DNA of 54,194 nt from a virus. Where the stretch lies: the IMG/VR virus record IMGVR_UViG_3300045988_080883, one strand, 5' to 3'. The first letter of the stretch is position 1. The number at the start of each line of letters is the position of its first letter. The notes under the pieces are model-generated. The model did not search any database and had not been told where the DNA came from. It saw nothing but the letters and a program-made list of their open reading frames with translations. The translations under genes and the position numbers were made by a program. Below, piece by piece: positions 9,741 through 19,898 of this stretch.

Positions 9741-10042
9741 AAAAGACCGCGGCGGAACAGCCCGCCGAAACCACCGTAAACGCCGAGCCTGCGCAGAGCA
9801 AGCTCGGCGTTTCCATTTACGTTGGCCCGTCCATTCTGGGCTATATCCAGAAGAACACGATTTACCCCTGCGCTGCTGCGGAGGCTGTGAATCGTGACGA
9901 TGTGAAGATTGCCACCGAGAAATATCCCGGCGTGGCCGACTTCATCATCGATGTGGCCGAACTGAACACTACGCCTGAAAAGGCAAAAGCACGCGGCGAG
10001 GCCATCCTTGCGTATGCCCGGATGCTCGCCAAATCCAAGTAA
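9731..10042 (+). CDS. hypothetical protein
   Basis: ATG 9731 after GGAGGA, 103 aa, in the structural module. Confidence 0.35.
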   Translation: MAVKKTAAEQPAETTVNAEPAQSKLGVSIYVGPSILGYIQKNTIYPCAAAEAVNRDDVKIATEKYPGVADFIIDVAELNTTPEKAKARGEAILAYARMLAKSK

Positions 10043-10057
10043 GGAGGATTACATACT

Positions 10058-11212
10058 ATGGCAGATCATGGTATTAACGTCAGCCGCGCCGACACCGCCG
10101 TGGCGACCCCGAACGCCGCAACCTGCGGCATCCCCTTTGTCGTCGGTACGGCGCCGCTGTCCAAGGCAACTGGCACCGCTGCAACCGCTGGCACTCCTGT
10201 GCTGTGCACCAGCCGCACCGAAGCGGAGGAGCAGTTGGGCTATGACGATGACTGGGCAAAGTTCACCGTTTGCGAGGTGATGTACTATCACTTCAAGCTG
10301 TGCGCTTGCCAGCCGGTCATTTTCCTGCCGCTCGCGGAAAACGCTGAGGCCGAGGCCGTGGCAGCTGCTGTTGAGCAGGTTGAGGCTTGCCTGACTATGT
10401 TCGGCATTGTGCCTGACCTGATTATGGCACCCGGCTTCTCCAAGGAGGCTACCGTTGCTGCTGCGCTGGCTGCGAAGTCGGGCTCCATCAACGGTATGTT
10501 CTCTGGCAAGGCTCTGGTGGACATTTCTGCAAAGACCTATACTGCCGCAGTGCAGGCCAAGAACGCTGGTACTTACGACCAGAAGTCCATTCTGTGCTGG
10601 CCTAACGGCACTCTGGGCGAAAAGAAGTTCCACGGCTCTACCATCATGGCGGGCTGCCTTGCGGAGACCGACATCAAAAATGGCGGCATCCCCTACGAGA
10701 GCCCTTCCAACAAGACTGTCCACATCGACGGCCTGTGCGATGATGACGGTGCAGCCATCAACCTGACCTACAATCAGGCAAACGTGGTCGATGCCGCTGG
10801 CATCTGCACGTTCCTGAACTTCATGGGCAGCTGGACCGCATGGGGCAACCACACTGGCTGCTACCCCAAGTCCACTGACGTGAAGGACTACTTCATCCCC
10901 ATCAGCCGGATGTTCGACTATGTTTCCAACACGCTCATCAAGACGTTCTGGAGCAAGCTGGACAAGCCGATGAACCGCCGCCTGATCGACACCATTGTGG
11001 ACAGCGCAAACGTTTGGTTGAATGGTCTGGTTGGCGCAGGCTACCTGCTGGGCGCCCGCGTGGAGATGCTGGAAAGCGAGAACCCCCTGACCAGCCTGAT
11101 GGCGGGTAAAATCAAGCTGCACGTCTACATGACCCCGCCCTCTCCGGCGCAGGAAATTGACTTCGTGCTGGAGTATGACGCTGACTATGTGACCAGCGCA
11201 CTCCAGTCCTAA
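10058..11212 (+). CDS. contractile tail sheath protein
   Basis: AAGGAGG RBS. 384 aa with N-terminus MADHGINVSR...GIPFVVGTAPL, typical of P2 FI/Mu L-type sheaths. It is followed by the tube gene. Confidence 0.85.
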   Translation: MADHGINVSRADTAVATPNAATCGIPFVVGTAPLSKATGTAATAGTPVLCTSRTEAEEQLGYDDDWAKFTVCEVMYYHFKLCACQPVIFLPLAENAEAEAVAAAVEQVEACLTMFGIVPDLIMAPGFSKEATVAAALAAKSGSINGMFSGKALVDISAKTYTAAVQAKNAGTYDQKSILCWPNGTLGEKKFHGSTIMAGCLAETDIKNGGIPYESPSNKTVHIDGLCDDDGAAINLTYNQANVVDAAGICTFLNFMGSWTAWGNHTGCYPKSTDVKDYFIPISRMFDYVSNTLIKTFWSKLDKPMNRRLIDTIVDSANVWLNGLVGAGYLLGARVEMLESENPLTSLMAGKIKLHVYMTPPSPAQEIDFVLEYDADYVTSALQS

Positions 11213-11227
11213 AGAGGAGGTACTACT

Positions 11228-11743
11228 ATGGCAATCGATCAGAGCATTATCAATTTTGCTGTCTACGAAGACAGCATTGAGTATGCGGGAATGGCAAAAG
11301 CTACACTGCCTGATGTGACTTTTCTGACGCAGTCTATCTCCGGCGCCGGCATCGGCGGCAACATTGATGCCGTTATTTTGGGTCATCTCGAAGCAATGAC
11401 CCTTGGTCTGGAATTTCGCACCACTACGGCACAGTCCATCAAGCTGTCCGAGATTCGCCGCCACCAGATTGATCTGCGTGTTCCTGTTCAGTATGAGGAT
11501 CCCATCAATGGCACTATTGATGCTCGTTCTGAAAAGCACGTTCTTGTCGTTATTCCGAAGTCCACCAAGGGCGGCACTATCGCTCCGGCGACTCCCGCCA
11601 ACGGCTCCGGCGAGTACGCTGTCCGCTACTGGGCAACTTATCTCGATGGCAAGAAGGTGCGTGAACTGGACCCGCTGAACTTCATTTGCTACATCAACGG
11701 CACGGATTATCTGGCAGCTGTCCGCAAGGCGCTGGGCAAGTAA
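11228..11743 (+). CDS. tail tube protein (P2 FII-like)
   Basis: 171 aa. The N-terminus INFAVYEDSIEYAGMAKATLPDV is typical of the major tail tube family. It lies directly after the sheath gene. Confidence 0.85.
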   Translation: MAIDQSIINFAVYEDSIEYAGMAKATLPDVTFLTQSISGAGIGGNIDAVILGHLEAMTLGLEFRTTTAQSIKLSEIRRHQIDLRVPVQYEDPINGTIDARSEKHVLVVIPKSTKGGTIAPATPANGSGEYAVRYWATYLDGKKVRELDPLNFICYINGTDYLAAVRKALGK

Positions 11744-11760
11744 TCAGAGCCAATCGTTAT

Positions 11761-11796
11761 GCCGGGGCTGCATTTTGCGGCTCCGGCCTATTTTTT
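11761..11796 (+). terminator. intrinsic terminator/attenuator between tube and chaperone genes
   Basis: 11-bp stem (11761-11771 pairs with 11777-11787, two G-U pairs), 5-nt loop, then CTATTTTTT. Confidence 0.5.
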
Positions 11797-11818
11797 AACT
11801 GCGAAAGGAGCAGCCGCT

Positions 11819-12187
11819 ATGAACACCACCATCAGCGATAAGGAGTACGATGCAGCCATCGCCGCTGCGAACAAAGCTGCCACCGACCCTTATGTGTACG
11901 TCCACAAGCTTATTCAGCCGTTTGAGTACGAGGGCAAGAAGTACGACACCCTGACGTTTGACTTCGGCAAGCTGACTGGCAATGATTCGCTTGCAATCGA
12001 GGCCGAGATGTCCGCTCTGCGCCAGCCGGTTATCGTGCCGAGCATGAGTGCGGGCTATCTGATTCGGATGGCCTGCCGGGCGTGTACGCAGCCCATCGGC
12101 GTTGACGTTATCGGCGCAATGAGCATTCGGGATTACAACACCATCCGCACCAAAGCAAGAAATTTTTTGATGCTGTCGGATGTGTAA
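11819..12187 (+). CDS. tail assembly chaperone (P2 gpE-like), zero-frame product
   Basis: Start ATG 11819 after AAGGAG. It sits between the tube and tape-measure genes and contains a slippery heptamer near its 3' end. Confidence 0.7.
   Translation: MNTTISDKEYDAAIAAANKAATDPYVYVHKLIQPFEYEGKKYDTLTFDFGKLTGNDSLAIEAEMSALRQPVIVPSMSAGYLIRMACRACTQPIGVDVIGAMSIRDYNTIRTKARNFLMLSDV
12163..12169 (+). promoter_or_regulatory. -1 programmed frameshift slippery heptamer T_TTT_TTG
   Basis: The zero frame reads AAT TTT TTG. The -1 frame is open from here to TAG 12352-12354. The heptamer matches the one I recall for P2 E/E+E'. Confidence 0.65.
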
Positions 12188-12354
12188 CTGATGATGGTGG
12201 AGAGTGGCTGCGGCGGCAAGCCCTTCTGATGGCGCAGGGCAACAACACCCCTGCACCATACTGGCTTGCAATGCCTCTGTATCAACTGCGGCAATGGATT
12301 GATACCAACAATGCCATTGTTGCCGAGCGCGAAAAGGCGAGAAAGGCGAAGTAG
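12163..12354 (+). CDS. -1 frame extension of the tail assembly chaperone (E+E'-like C-terminus)
   Basis: The -1 frame encodes ...GGEWLRRQALLMAQGNNTPAPYWLAMPLYQLRQWIDTNNAIVAEREKARKAK. Its stop overlaps the tape-measure GTG (TAGTG). Confidence 0.65.
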   Translation, partial: FFDAVGCVTDDGGEWLRRQALLMAQGNNTPAPYWLAMPLYQLRQWIDTNNAIVAEREKARKAK

Positions 12355-15300
12355 TGGCTCGAAAAGAATGGGAGTTGCTGTTCAACCTGTCCGCCAAACA
12401 GAACAGCAACTTCTCCAGCACCTTCAAGGCTGCACAGTCTGCCCTTGCGGAAACACAGAACAGAATCCAGCAGCTGAACAAGGTACAGTCCGACATAACT
12501 GCGTACCAGAAGCAGCAGCAAGCCGTTGACTCCACCAAGCAGCGGCTGGCCGTCTTGCAGCAGCAGTACGATAACATCCAGAAAGAGATTCAGGAGACCG
12601 AGGGCTATTCCTCTGCGCTGGAAAACAAGCTGATTTCCAAGCAGGCGCAGATCGACAAGACCACGACCTCCCTGCACACCTATGAGCAGCGTCTGGCTGC
12701 CACCGGGAACACCCTGCGGGAAGCTGGCGTGGACACCACGCAGCTGACAGCAGAAACCACTCGGCTGGAAACCGAGGTCGATAAGCTTAAAGACCAGCAG
12801 GTTGACCTCAAAAAGACCATGGACGAGGCCGGAGAGGGCGCAAAGGGCTTCGGCGAGAAATCTGTCGAAGCCCTCGATGCCGTTGAATCTGTGCTTGCCA
12901 CGGCTGGCATCGCAAAAGCCCTCGACGAAATCAAAGACGCATACATGGACTGCATCAACACCGCAGGTGATTTTGAAGCATCCATGAGCAACGTCGAAGC
13001 CCTGTCCGGCGCATCCGGCGATGAACTGGAAGCCCTGTCCGACAAAGCCAAGGAGATGGGCGCAACCACCAAGTTCACCGCCGGTGAATCTGCGGACGCT
13101 CTGTCTTACATGGCTCTGGCAGGCTGGAACACCCAGTCTATGCTGGAGGGTATCAGCCCGGTGCTGAATCTGGCTGCTGCTGCCAACATGGACTTGGCGC
13201 AGGCATCGGATATTGTCACCGACTATCTGACCGCCTTTGGTCTGAAAGCCTCTGACACCACGCACTTTGTCGATGTGATGGCCTACGCCATGGCTCACTC
13301 CAACACGGATGTGATCCAGCTGGGCGAGGCATACAAGGCATGTGCATCCACCGCCACCTCCCTCGGCTACTCTGTTGAGGAGACCACCGCAGTCCTGGCT
13401 ACCATGGCCAATGCAGGTGTTAAGGGCGGCGAGGCTGGCACAGCCCTGAACGCCATCTTTACCCGCCTTGCCACCAACACGAAAAAGTGCGGTGACGAAC
13501 TGGCAAACTATGGCGTGAACATCTACGATGCACAGGGCAATATGCAGTCCCTGTCCAGCATCCTTACCGGGATTGCCAGTGTCTGGGGCGACCTGACCGA
13601 CCAAGAGCAGGCCAACCTTGCCAAGACCATCGCTGGCACGAACCAGTATTCCAAGCTGCAAACCATCATGGCCGGGTGCAGTGAGGCCGCCGCCGAGGGC
13701 GGGCAGTCGTTCTCAGACTACACCGCAGCCCTGAACAACTGCGCCGGGTCTGCCGACAAGATGGCGGGCACCATGCTCGACAACATGAACGGCAGGCTGG
13801 TTCTGATGCAGTCTGCCGCTGACGGCCTAAAAATCGCCATCGGCGAGGATTTGACCCCGACTTTGTCCAAGCTGTACGATGTCGGGGCTAAAGTTCTGGG
13901 CTGGATGCAGGGCTTCGTTGAGGAACATCCCGGTGTAGTCAAGGCGGTTGCGGCCGGAACTGTCGCTCTTGGAGGGCTCCTTGGCGTTATGACTGCCGCA
14001 TCTGCGGCAATAAAAATTGGCAGCGCAGCTATGGGCCTGTTCTCTGCATCCCTTGGAGTGACGGCTCCTGTTCTTGCGGGCGTTGTCGTTGCAGGAACGG
14101 CTCTCGCTGCCGTAATCGGTGGAATTTCCGGCGCAGCAGACGATGGTGTCCCGCATGTGCGAGAACTGACCAGCGCAGCCCGCGATATGGGCAGTAGCAT
14201 GGACGAGGTCAGCGACACCTACCATTCCACGCTGTCCAACATGGAAGCCACTGCCAGTGTCGCGGACCAGTACATCAGCAAGTTGGAGGCCATCGAAGCT
14301 GCCACCAACGGCAATACTGCCGGGAACGCTGAGTATCACGATACCCTTGCCCGCCTGTCTGCGCTGGTGCCCAGTCTGGCTGATGATATTGACCTTGAAA
14401 CGGATTCCATCAAGGGCGGCACAGAAGCTCTGCGCCAGCACGCGAATGCTTATGCGGACGATGTAAAAGTGCAGGCTCGGCAAGAGTACCTGAACGGAAT
14501 CTACGAGCAGTACAACGATGTGCTGGTCGAAAGTGCGGCGAATGAAGCGAAGCTGGCTGCTGCACAGGCAAAGGTCGAAAAAACCAATGCCGGCATGGAC
14601 GCAACCTACAGCAAGTTGCTTTCCACGCTCGGCATGACGGACGAACAATTCAAGTCCACTTATGGCACAGTTCAGGATATTCCTTGGCGTTCCATGGGCG
14701 AGGATGTGCAGCAGCTGCGCACCGAGTACATGGGCTACTCGGAAGACCTCGCCACTGCCCAGCATGAAGTCGAAAACTACACCGAGGCTGTGGAGAAGGA
14801 TCAAGAGGCCATCGATGCAGCTGAGGCCGAGTATCAAGAAGCCAAGGATGCAGTCGATTCCCTGAACGCAGCGCAGCAGGATGCCGCCAACAGCGCAAAC
14901 GATGTGGCTGCACAGGAGCAGGCCGTCACCGATGTTATCAACAGTGCCGAGGCGGAGATTCAGGAACTCGTTTCGGCATACACGGACGCTTACAATGCGG
15001 CCTATGACAGCATCAGTAAGCAGTACGACCTGTGGGATACCGCTGAGAAGGTCGTCGCCACCTCTGCATCCAGCATCAACTCCGCGCTGGAAAGCCAGAT
15101 CACCTACTGGGACAACTACAACCAGAACCTCGAAAGCCTAACCGAACGCGCTGCCGATATTGACGGTTTGAGCGACGTTATCGCCAGCTTCGCCGATGGC
15201 AGCAAGGATTCTGTGAACGCTATCGCCGGCATGGCTGCTGCATCAGATTCCGACCTCGCAAAGATGGTCGAGAATTACCGCTCCTTGCAGGAGGCGCAGA

Positions 15301-16094
15301 AAACCACCAGCGAGAGCATGGCCGACCTCGAAACCGGCATGAGCAATGCCATGGACGAGATCGCGCAGAATGTAGCCGACAGTGTGGCCGACATGGACTT
15401 GAACGACGAGGCCATGAAGAGCGCACAGTCCACCGTTCAGGGCTTTATCGATGGCGCAGAGGGCATGATGCCTCGTGTCAAGGAGGCATACGAAAAGGTG
15501 GCGAACGCTGCCTCTGATGCGCTGGCCGGAGCGAATAAGCGTTACAATATCGACCAGAAGAACGGAAACATCCCCGGTTATGCAGTCGGTACGGAATCTG
15601 CCGCACCGGGCTTTGCCATTGTTGGTGAGAACGGCCCGGAGCTGGTCTACTTCAACGGCGGCGAAACCGTGCTGACTGCGCCGGAAACCCGCGCAGCGTT
15701 CAACGAGGCGCGGCAGCTGGAACAGACCAGCACAAATGCGATTGACCTGTCTGCCGTCTGGGACACCATCCGGGAGGAGCAAGAAGCACAAACACTGCGT
15801 GAGGAGTACAACCACTACGCAGAAACTATCGATGGCAGCAAGTCGGTCTACTTCAACGGCGGCGAAACCCGCTCCGTTACGGAAGTGCAGCTGCCAGGCG
15901 GCTCTGCATCTGGTGGCTCCAACACCAGCAGCGCGGCTCCTATCACCGTTGCGCCTGTTTACCACATCTACGGTATCCGAGATACGGATGAACTGCGAAG
16001 CGTCCTGAACGCCCAGAATGACGACCTCCGGGAAGCTGTGCTGGAAATCGTGAGCGACAACGACACCGATAATTTCAGGAGGGGTTACGCATGA
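12354..16094 (+). CDS. tail tape measure protein
   Basis: 1246 aa with coiled-coil ends, a core GATTKFTAGESADALSYMALAGW (TP901-type TMP region) and hydrophobic Gly/Ala-rich segments. Confidence 0.9.
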   Translation: MARKEWELLFNLSAKQNSNFSSTFKAAQSALAETQNRIQQLNKVQSDITAYQKQQQAVDSTKQRLAVLQQQYDNIQKEIQETEGYSSALENKLISKQAQIDKTTTSLHTYEQRLAATGNTLREAGVDTTQLTAETTRLETEVDKLKDQQVDLKKTMDEAGEGAKGFGEKSVEALDAVESVLATAGIAKALDEIKDAYMDCINTAGDFEASMSNVEALSGASGDELEALSDKAKEMGATTKFTAGESADALSYMALAGWNTQSMLEGISPVLNLAAAANMDLAQASDIVTDYLTAFGLKASDTTHFVDVMAYAMAHSNTDVIQLGEAYKACASTATSLGYSVEETTAVLATMANAGVKGGEAGTALNAIFTRLATNTKKCGDELANYGVNIYDAQGNMQSLSSILTGIASVWGDLTDQEQANLAKTIAGTNQYSKLQTIMAGCSEAAAEGGQSFSDYTAALNNCAGSADKMAGTMLDNMNGRLVLMQSAADGLKIAIGEDLTPTLSKLYDVGAKVLGWMQGFVEEHPGVVKAVAAGTVALGGLLGVMTAASAAIKIGSAAMGLFSASLGVTAPVLAGVVVAGTALAAVIGGISGAADDGVPHVRELTSAARDMGSSMDEVSDTYHSTLSNMEATASVADQYISKLEAIEAATNGNTAGNAEYHDTLARLSALVPSLADDIDLETDSIKGGTEALRQHANAYADDVKVQARQEYLNGIYEQYNDVLVESAANEAKLAAAQAKVEKTNAGMDATYSKLLSTLGMTDEQFKSTYGTVQDIPWRSMGEDVQQLRTEYMGYSEDLATAQHEVENYTEAVEKDQEAIDAAEAEYQEAKDAVDSLNAAQQDAANSANDVAAQEQAVTDVINSAEAEIQELVSAYTDAYNAAYDSISKQYDLWDTAEKVVATSASSINSALESQITYWDNYNQNLESLTERAADIDGLSDVIASFADGSKDSVNAIAGMAAASDSDLAKMVENYRSLQEAQKTTSESMADLETGMSNAMDEIAQNVADSVADMDLNDEAMKSAQSTVQGFIDGAEGMMPRVKEAYEKVANAASDALAGANKRYNIDQKNGNIPGYAVGTESAAPGFAIVGENGPELVYFNGGETVLTAPETRAAFNEARQLEQTSTNAIDLSAVWDTIREEQEAQTLREEYNHYAETIDGSKSVYFNGGETRSVTEVQLPGGSASGGSNTSSAAPITVAPVYHIYGIRDTDELRSVLNAQNDDLREAVLEIVSDNDTDNFRRGYA

Positions 16095-16303
16095 GCAAAA
16101 CCTACACCACCGTGCAGGGTGACCGCTGGGACAGCGTGGCATACACGCAGCTCGGCAGCTGCGCCCTTGCGCCCCGCCTGATGGCTGCTAACTCACAGTA
16201 CCTGAACTATTTTGAGTTTCCTGCCGGAATCGTTTTGACGCTCCCGGAAATCGAAACCAAGACCAGTTCGACCCTGCCGCCGTGGAAGAAGGTGGTCACA
16301 TGA
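16091..16303 (+). CDS. tail protein X (LysM-like)
   Basis: 70 aa. YTTVQGDRWDSVAY...LTLPEI matches the P2 gpX pattern. ATGA-type overlaps on both sides. Confidence 0.7.
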   Translation: MSKTYTTVQGDRWDSVAYTQLGSCALAPRLMAANSQYLNYFEFPAGIVLTLPEIETKTSSTLPPWKKVVT

Positions 16304-17628
16304 GCGATGAAAATACTGCCCGCCATGCCGAGTGTACGGTGGAGTTTGACGGTGTGGATATTACCAGCAGCATCGCTCCTTACCTGCTCTCCCTGTCCTT
16401 TACGGACAACGAGGAAGATGCCAGCGATGACCTGCAAATCAAACTCCAAGACCGTGAGGGTGTCTGGATGACCGACTGGCTCCAGAAGATGATAGACGGC
16501 GATGTATCGGCTGCATCTTCCGATGGCTACAAGGTCGGCGATGTGGTGCAGTTCCTTGGCGGTCCGCACTATAAGGCATCCACTGATAAAAAGGCAAATG
16601 GCACCCCAAAGGCTGGACCTGCCAAGATCACCATCATCAAGCAGGGCGCGCTTCATCCGTACCACGTCATCCACACCGATGGCACATCTCGCGTCTACGG
16701 CTGGGTGGATGCCAGCGAGATCTCCGGCAAGCCTGGCAGCGGCTCTTCTGGCTCCTCCTCCGGCAGCGGAGAAGAAAGCTTGAAAATCCGGGCTACCATC
16801 ACCGCCTGCAACTGGCACAGTGATGGCAAAGATGAAGCACTGGACTGCGGAACCTTTGAACTGGACAGCGTGGTTGCGTCTGGACCGCCCGGCATTATCA
16901 CCATCAAGGCCATTGGGCTGCCCTACACGAGCCAGATCCGGCAGACCAAGCAGAGCAAGGGCTGGGAAAAGTACAAGCTGTCCGGCATTGCCAATGAAAT
17001 GGCATCCAAGAACGGCATGACGACCCAGTTTCTTGCAAAGAAAGACCCTGAGTACAAGCGTGTGGAGCAGTACCGCTGCGCTGACATCGACTTTTTGCAG
17101 CAGCTTTGCCACGATGCAGGGCTGTCGCTGAAATGCACTGATGGCAAAATCGTCATCTTTGACCAGCAGGAGTACGAGGGCAAGGACGCTGTGTGGACTA
17201 CCACGCTGGGCGACAAAAGCTATATCAAGTATAGTCATTCACTCGGTCAGGCTGGAACACAGTATGCGTCCTGCCGGGTATCTTACGTTGGGCCTGATGG
17301 CAAGGCTATCGAGGGCATTGCCTACGTTAAGGACTACGATGCTAAGAGCAAGACCAATCAGCAGCTGGAAGTCTACGCCCCGGTCACGAGCAAGGCAGAG
17401 GCGAAAGAACTGGCTGCAAAGAAACTCCGGCTCTACAACAAGTATGAGCGTCAGATAAGTTTTACCTATCCGGGCGACCCCGGAAAAGTTGCTGGACTGA
17501 CGTTCAACGCTGACCAGTTCGGACCGTGGGATGGCAAGTACATCGTGAAGCAGTCTAAGCACACAGTATCCGGCTCTGGCGGGTACACCACACAAGTTAC
17601 TGGCCGTCATACGCTGGGAGGTTACTGA
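16300..17628 (+). CDS. baseplate hub / late control gpD-like protein with inserted SH3-like segment
   Basis: Start ATG 16300 (ATGA overlap). The N-terminus ECTVEFDGVDITSSIAPYLLSLSFTDNEED is typical of the P2 D/Mu P family. There is an insert YKVGDVVQFLGGPHY...VYGWVDASEI. Confidence 0.8.
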   Translation: MSDENTARHAECTVEFDGVDITSSIAPYLLSLSFTDNEEDASDDLQIKLQDREGVWMTDWLQKMIDGDVSAASSDGYKVGDVVQFLGGPHYKASTDKKANGTPKAGPAKITIIKQGALHPYHVIHTDGTSRVYGWVDASEISGKPGSGSSGSSSGSGEESLKIRATITACNWHSDGKDEALDCGTFELDSVVASGPPGIITIKAIGLPYTSQIRQTKQSKGWEKYKLSGIANEMASKNGMTTQFLAKKDPEYKRVEQYRCADIDFLQQLCHDAGLSLKCTDGKIVIFDQQEYEGKDAVWTTTLGDKSYIKYSHSLGQAGTQYASCRVSYVGPDGKAIEGIAYVKDYDAKSKTNQQLEVYAPVTSKAEAKELAAKKLRLYNKYERQISFTYPGDPGKVAGLTFNADQFGPWDGKYIVKQSKHTVSGSGGYTTQVTGRHTLGGY

Positions 17629-18023
17629 TGAACGTGAACGTCGATGTTCGCATCGGGAAAGTCACCGATGTGAACAAGAAAAAACGCCTTGTGCGCGTGA
17701 AGTTCGAGGACACCGGGATTACTTCCGGCTGGCTGCCTGTGATGCAGCACTACAAGGCCATTGTGTACACCGAGAAGGCTGGGCAGCATGACCACCAGTT
17801 TACGCACCAGTCTCCGTATCCACTGAAAATCCTTAACACCCAGAACGGCACCCGCCAGATTTGGGACGAAGAGGAAAAGGTCACAGGAGCGGACAACTCG
17901 ACCAACCACCAGCACAAATCCCATGTGGTGTGGTGGGTGCCCGCCATTGATGACATCGTGATCTGTCTGTACCTGCCGTGCTTCAACGCTGACGGCTTCG
18001 TGTTGGGAGGGATTTATCCGTGA
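17628..18023 (+). CDS. baseplate spike protein, gpV-like
   Basis: 131 aa. RIGKVTDVNKKKRLVRVKFEDTGITSGWLPV matches the gpV/Mu gp45 OB-fold N-terminus. Confidence 0.7.
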   Translation: MNVNVDVRIGKVTDVNKKKRLVRVKFEDTGITSGWLPVMQHYKAIVYTEKAGQHDHQFTHQSPYPLKILNTQNGTRQIWDEEEKVTGADNSTNHQHKSHVVWWVPAIDDIVICLYLPCFNADGFVLGGIYP

Positions 18024-18418
18024 TTGTTGGATGCCTTGGAGACATTATCTTTGCCGTGTTCGATGGCTACGTCAAAACCATCAAGGACATGGTGCAGAGC
18101 GTGTCTGCCAGATACACCACCCACCAGCGTGCCGGGGGCAAGGCCCTGGCCGAGTTTACGGGCACGGATGCCGACACCATCACGTTCGATATTGAACTTT
18201 CGGCGTACCTTGGCGTGGCTCCAAGCAAGCAGCGCGAGATCCTGAAGGGGTATGTCGATAATCACACGACGCTGCCGTTTGTCCTCGGCAACGAAGTCTT
18301 CGGCAGCTATCGGTGGGTCATCAAATCCGTGAAATTCAAGACCAAGTACACAGACGCTTTCGGCGTTCCGACATGGATTACTGCGAGCGTCGCTTTACTG
18401 GAGTATCCGAGAGAGTGA
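18020..18418 (+). CDS. tail protein, P2 gpU-like (tentative)
   Basis: GTG start overlaps the preceding stop. 132 aa with a gpU-like pattern (FAVF...TTHQRAGGKALAEFTG...ITFDIEL). Confidence 0.4.
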   Translation: MIVGCLGDIIFAVFDGYVKTIKDMVQSVSARYTTHQRAGGKALAEFTGTDADTITFDIELSAYLGVAPSKQREILKGYVDNHTTLPFVLGNEVFGSYRWVIKSVKFKTKYTDAFGVPTWITASVALLEYPRE

Positions 18419-18427
18419 GGCGATTTT

Positions 18428-18751
18428 ATGAGCAATTATCTGGTGTCGGCAAATGACCTGACCGCCATTTCCCTCGGCGAGCAGGATACCGTGGCCAGCG
18501 TTCTGCAGAACATCGCCGTCATCCTATCCACGCCGAAAGGCACCGTGCCGGGCTACCGGGAGTTTGGCATCGACATCTCGGATATTCTTGACCGCCCGGA
18601 AAACGTGGCGCAGCCTATGCTCTGCGCCGCCATCAAGGAAGCCATCGAACGGTTTGAACCGAGAGCCACCTATATGGGGACTACGTTCAAATCCTCCAAG
18701 GACAACCCCGGAACGATGCTTCCCGTTGTGGAGGTGAGCATCAATGCGTAG
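18428..18751 (+). CDS. baseplate wedge protein, gpW/gp25 family
   Basis: 107 aa. VLQNIAVILSTPKGTVPGYREFGIDISD is typical of the GPW_gp25 family. Confidence 0.8.
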   Translation: MSNYLVSANDLTAISLGEQDTVASVLQNIAVILSTPKGTVPGYREFGIDISDILDRPENVAQPMLCAAIKEAIERFEPRATYMGTTFKSSKDNPGTMLPVVEVSINA

Positions 18752-19898
18752 TACCGCAGACCACCAGTTCATCAGCACCGACGTTGACGAACTGGATGCG
18801 CTGCTCTGTGCGGGGTATGAGCAGTTTTTTGGCACATCCGTGCGCCCCGGCAGCCCGGAACGGCTGTTCATCTCGTGGATTGAGGACGCGATAATCTACG
18901 AGCGTGCCCTCAACAACCACGCTGACAACCAGAATTTGCCCAGCCGGGCAGAGGGCGAGAATCTGGATGCGCTGGCGGAGCTGTTCTACTTGCAGCAGCG
19001 TCCGCAGCCTACCGCAGCAACCTGCACCATGCGTTTCAACATCAGCGAGGCGCGGCAGAGTGCAATCCTCATCCCGTCCGGCACTCGCGTCACGGACGCA
19101 AACGCCTCACTGTATTGGGCGACTGCGGCAGATGAATATGTGCCTATCGGTTCGACCTATACGGACGTTACGGTGGTATGCCAGACCTCCGGCACTGTCG
19201 GAAACGACTTTGCAGTCGGCGACATCAACACCATTGTTGATGTGTACGACTACTATTCTGGCTGCTCCAACGTCACGGCCAGCGCAAACGGCAGCGATGC
19301 CCCGGACGATGACGAGTTCTACCAGCTTCTGCTTGATAGTCAGGCAGCGTGGTCCAGCGCAGGGCCTGTTGGCAGCTACAAGTATTTCGCGAAGAGCGTG
19401 TCTACCAAAATCGCCGATGTGGTGGCGAACAGCCCAAGCCCCGGCACTGTCTGCCTGTACGCCGTCATGGATGATGGCAGCATTGCCCCGGACGAAACCA
19501 AGAAAGCGATGGTGGAGGTTTGTTCTGCCGATGAGGTACGGCCTCTGACGGATCACGTCATTTCTGGTGATCCTGATGTGGTGAACTACAACATCGACCT
19601 GACCTATTACCTGACCCGCGATGGAGATATTTCTGCTGCGGACGCACAGACCCGCGTAAACGAGGCTGTGCAGCAGTACATCAGCTGGCAGTCCGGCAAG
19701 ATGGGCCGGGATATCAACCCGGACAAGCTGCGGTATCTGCTGCTGGAAGTTGGCATCAAGCGCGTGGACTTGCAACAGCCCGTTTTTACCCCGCTGGAAG
19801 ATGGCAAACCGTCCGTTGACCTGACCTCCGACAAGGTGCCGCAGGTAGCAAAGGTGGGCACGGTCACTGTGAAGAGCGGAGGGTACGAGGATGAATAA
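18744..19898 (+). CDS. baseplate protein J-like
   Basis: 384 aa. Placed after the gp25-like gene and before the gpI-like gene. J-like profile. Confidence 0.8.
   Translation: MRSTADHQFISTDVDELDALLCAGYEQFFGTSVRPGSPERLFISWIEDAIIYERALNNHADNQNLPSRAEGENLDALAELFYLQQRPQPTAATCTMRFNISEARQSAILIPSGTRVTDANASLYWATAADEYVPIGSTYTDVTVVCQTSGTVGNDFAVGDINTIVDVYDYYSGCSNVTASANGSDAPDDDEFYQLLLDSQAAWSSAGPVGSYKYFAKSVSTKIADVVANSPSPGTVCLYAVMDDGSIAPDETKKAMVEVCSADEVRPLTDHVISGDPDVVNYNIDLTYYLTRDGDISAADAQTRVNEAVQQYISWQSGKMGRDINPDKLRYLLLEVGIKRVDLQQPVFTPLEDGKPSVDLTSDKVPQVAKVGTVTVKSGGYEDE

Noticed and set aside
10049-11539. 496-aa minus-strand ORF antisense to the sheath and tube genes. Similar long antisense ORFs occur at 12282-13661, 3978-5039, 5008-6276, 6982-8076, 19107-20018 and 43564-44973.
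   Set aside because: All lie opposite confidently assigned plus-strand genes and lack SD sequences. Their composition is biased, as expected from the third-position GC bias of the true frame.
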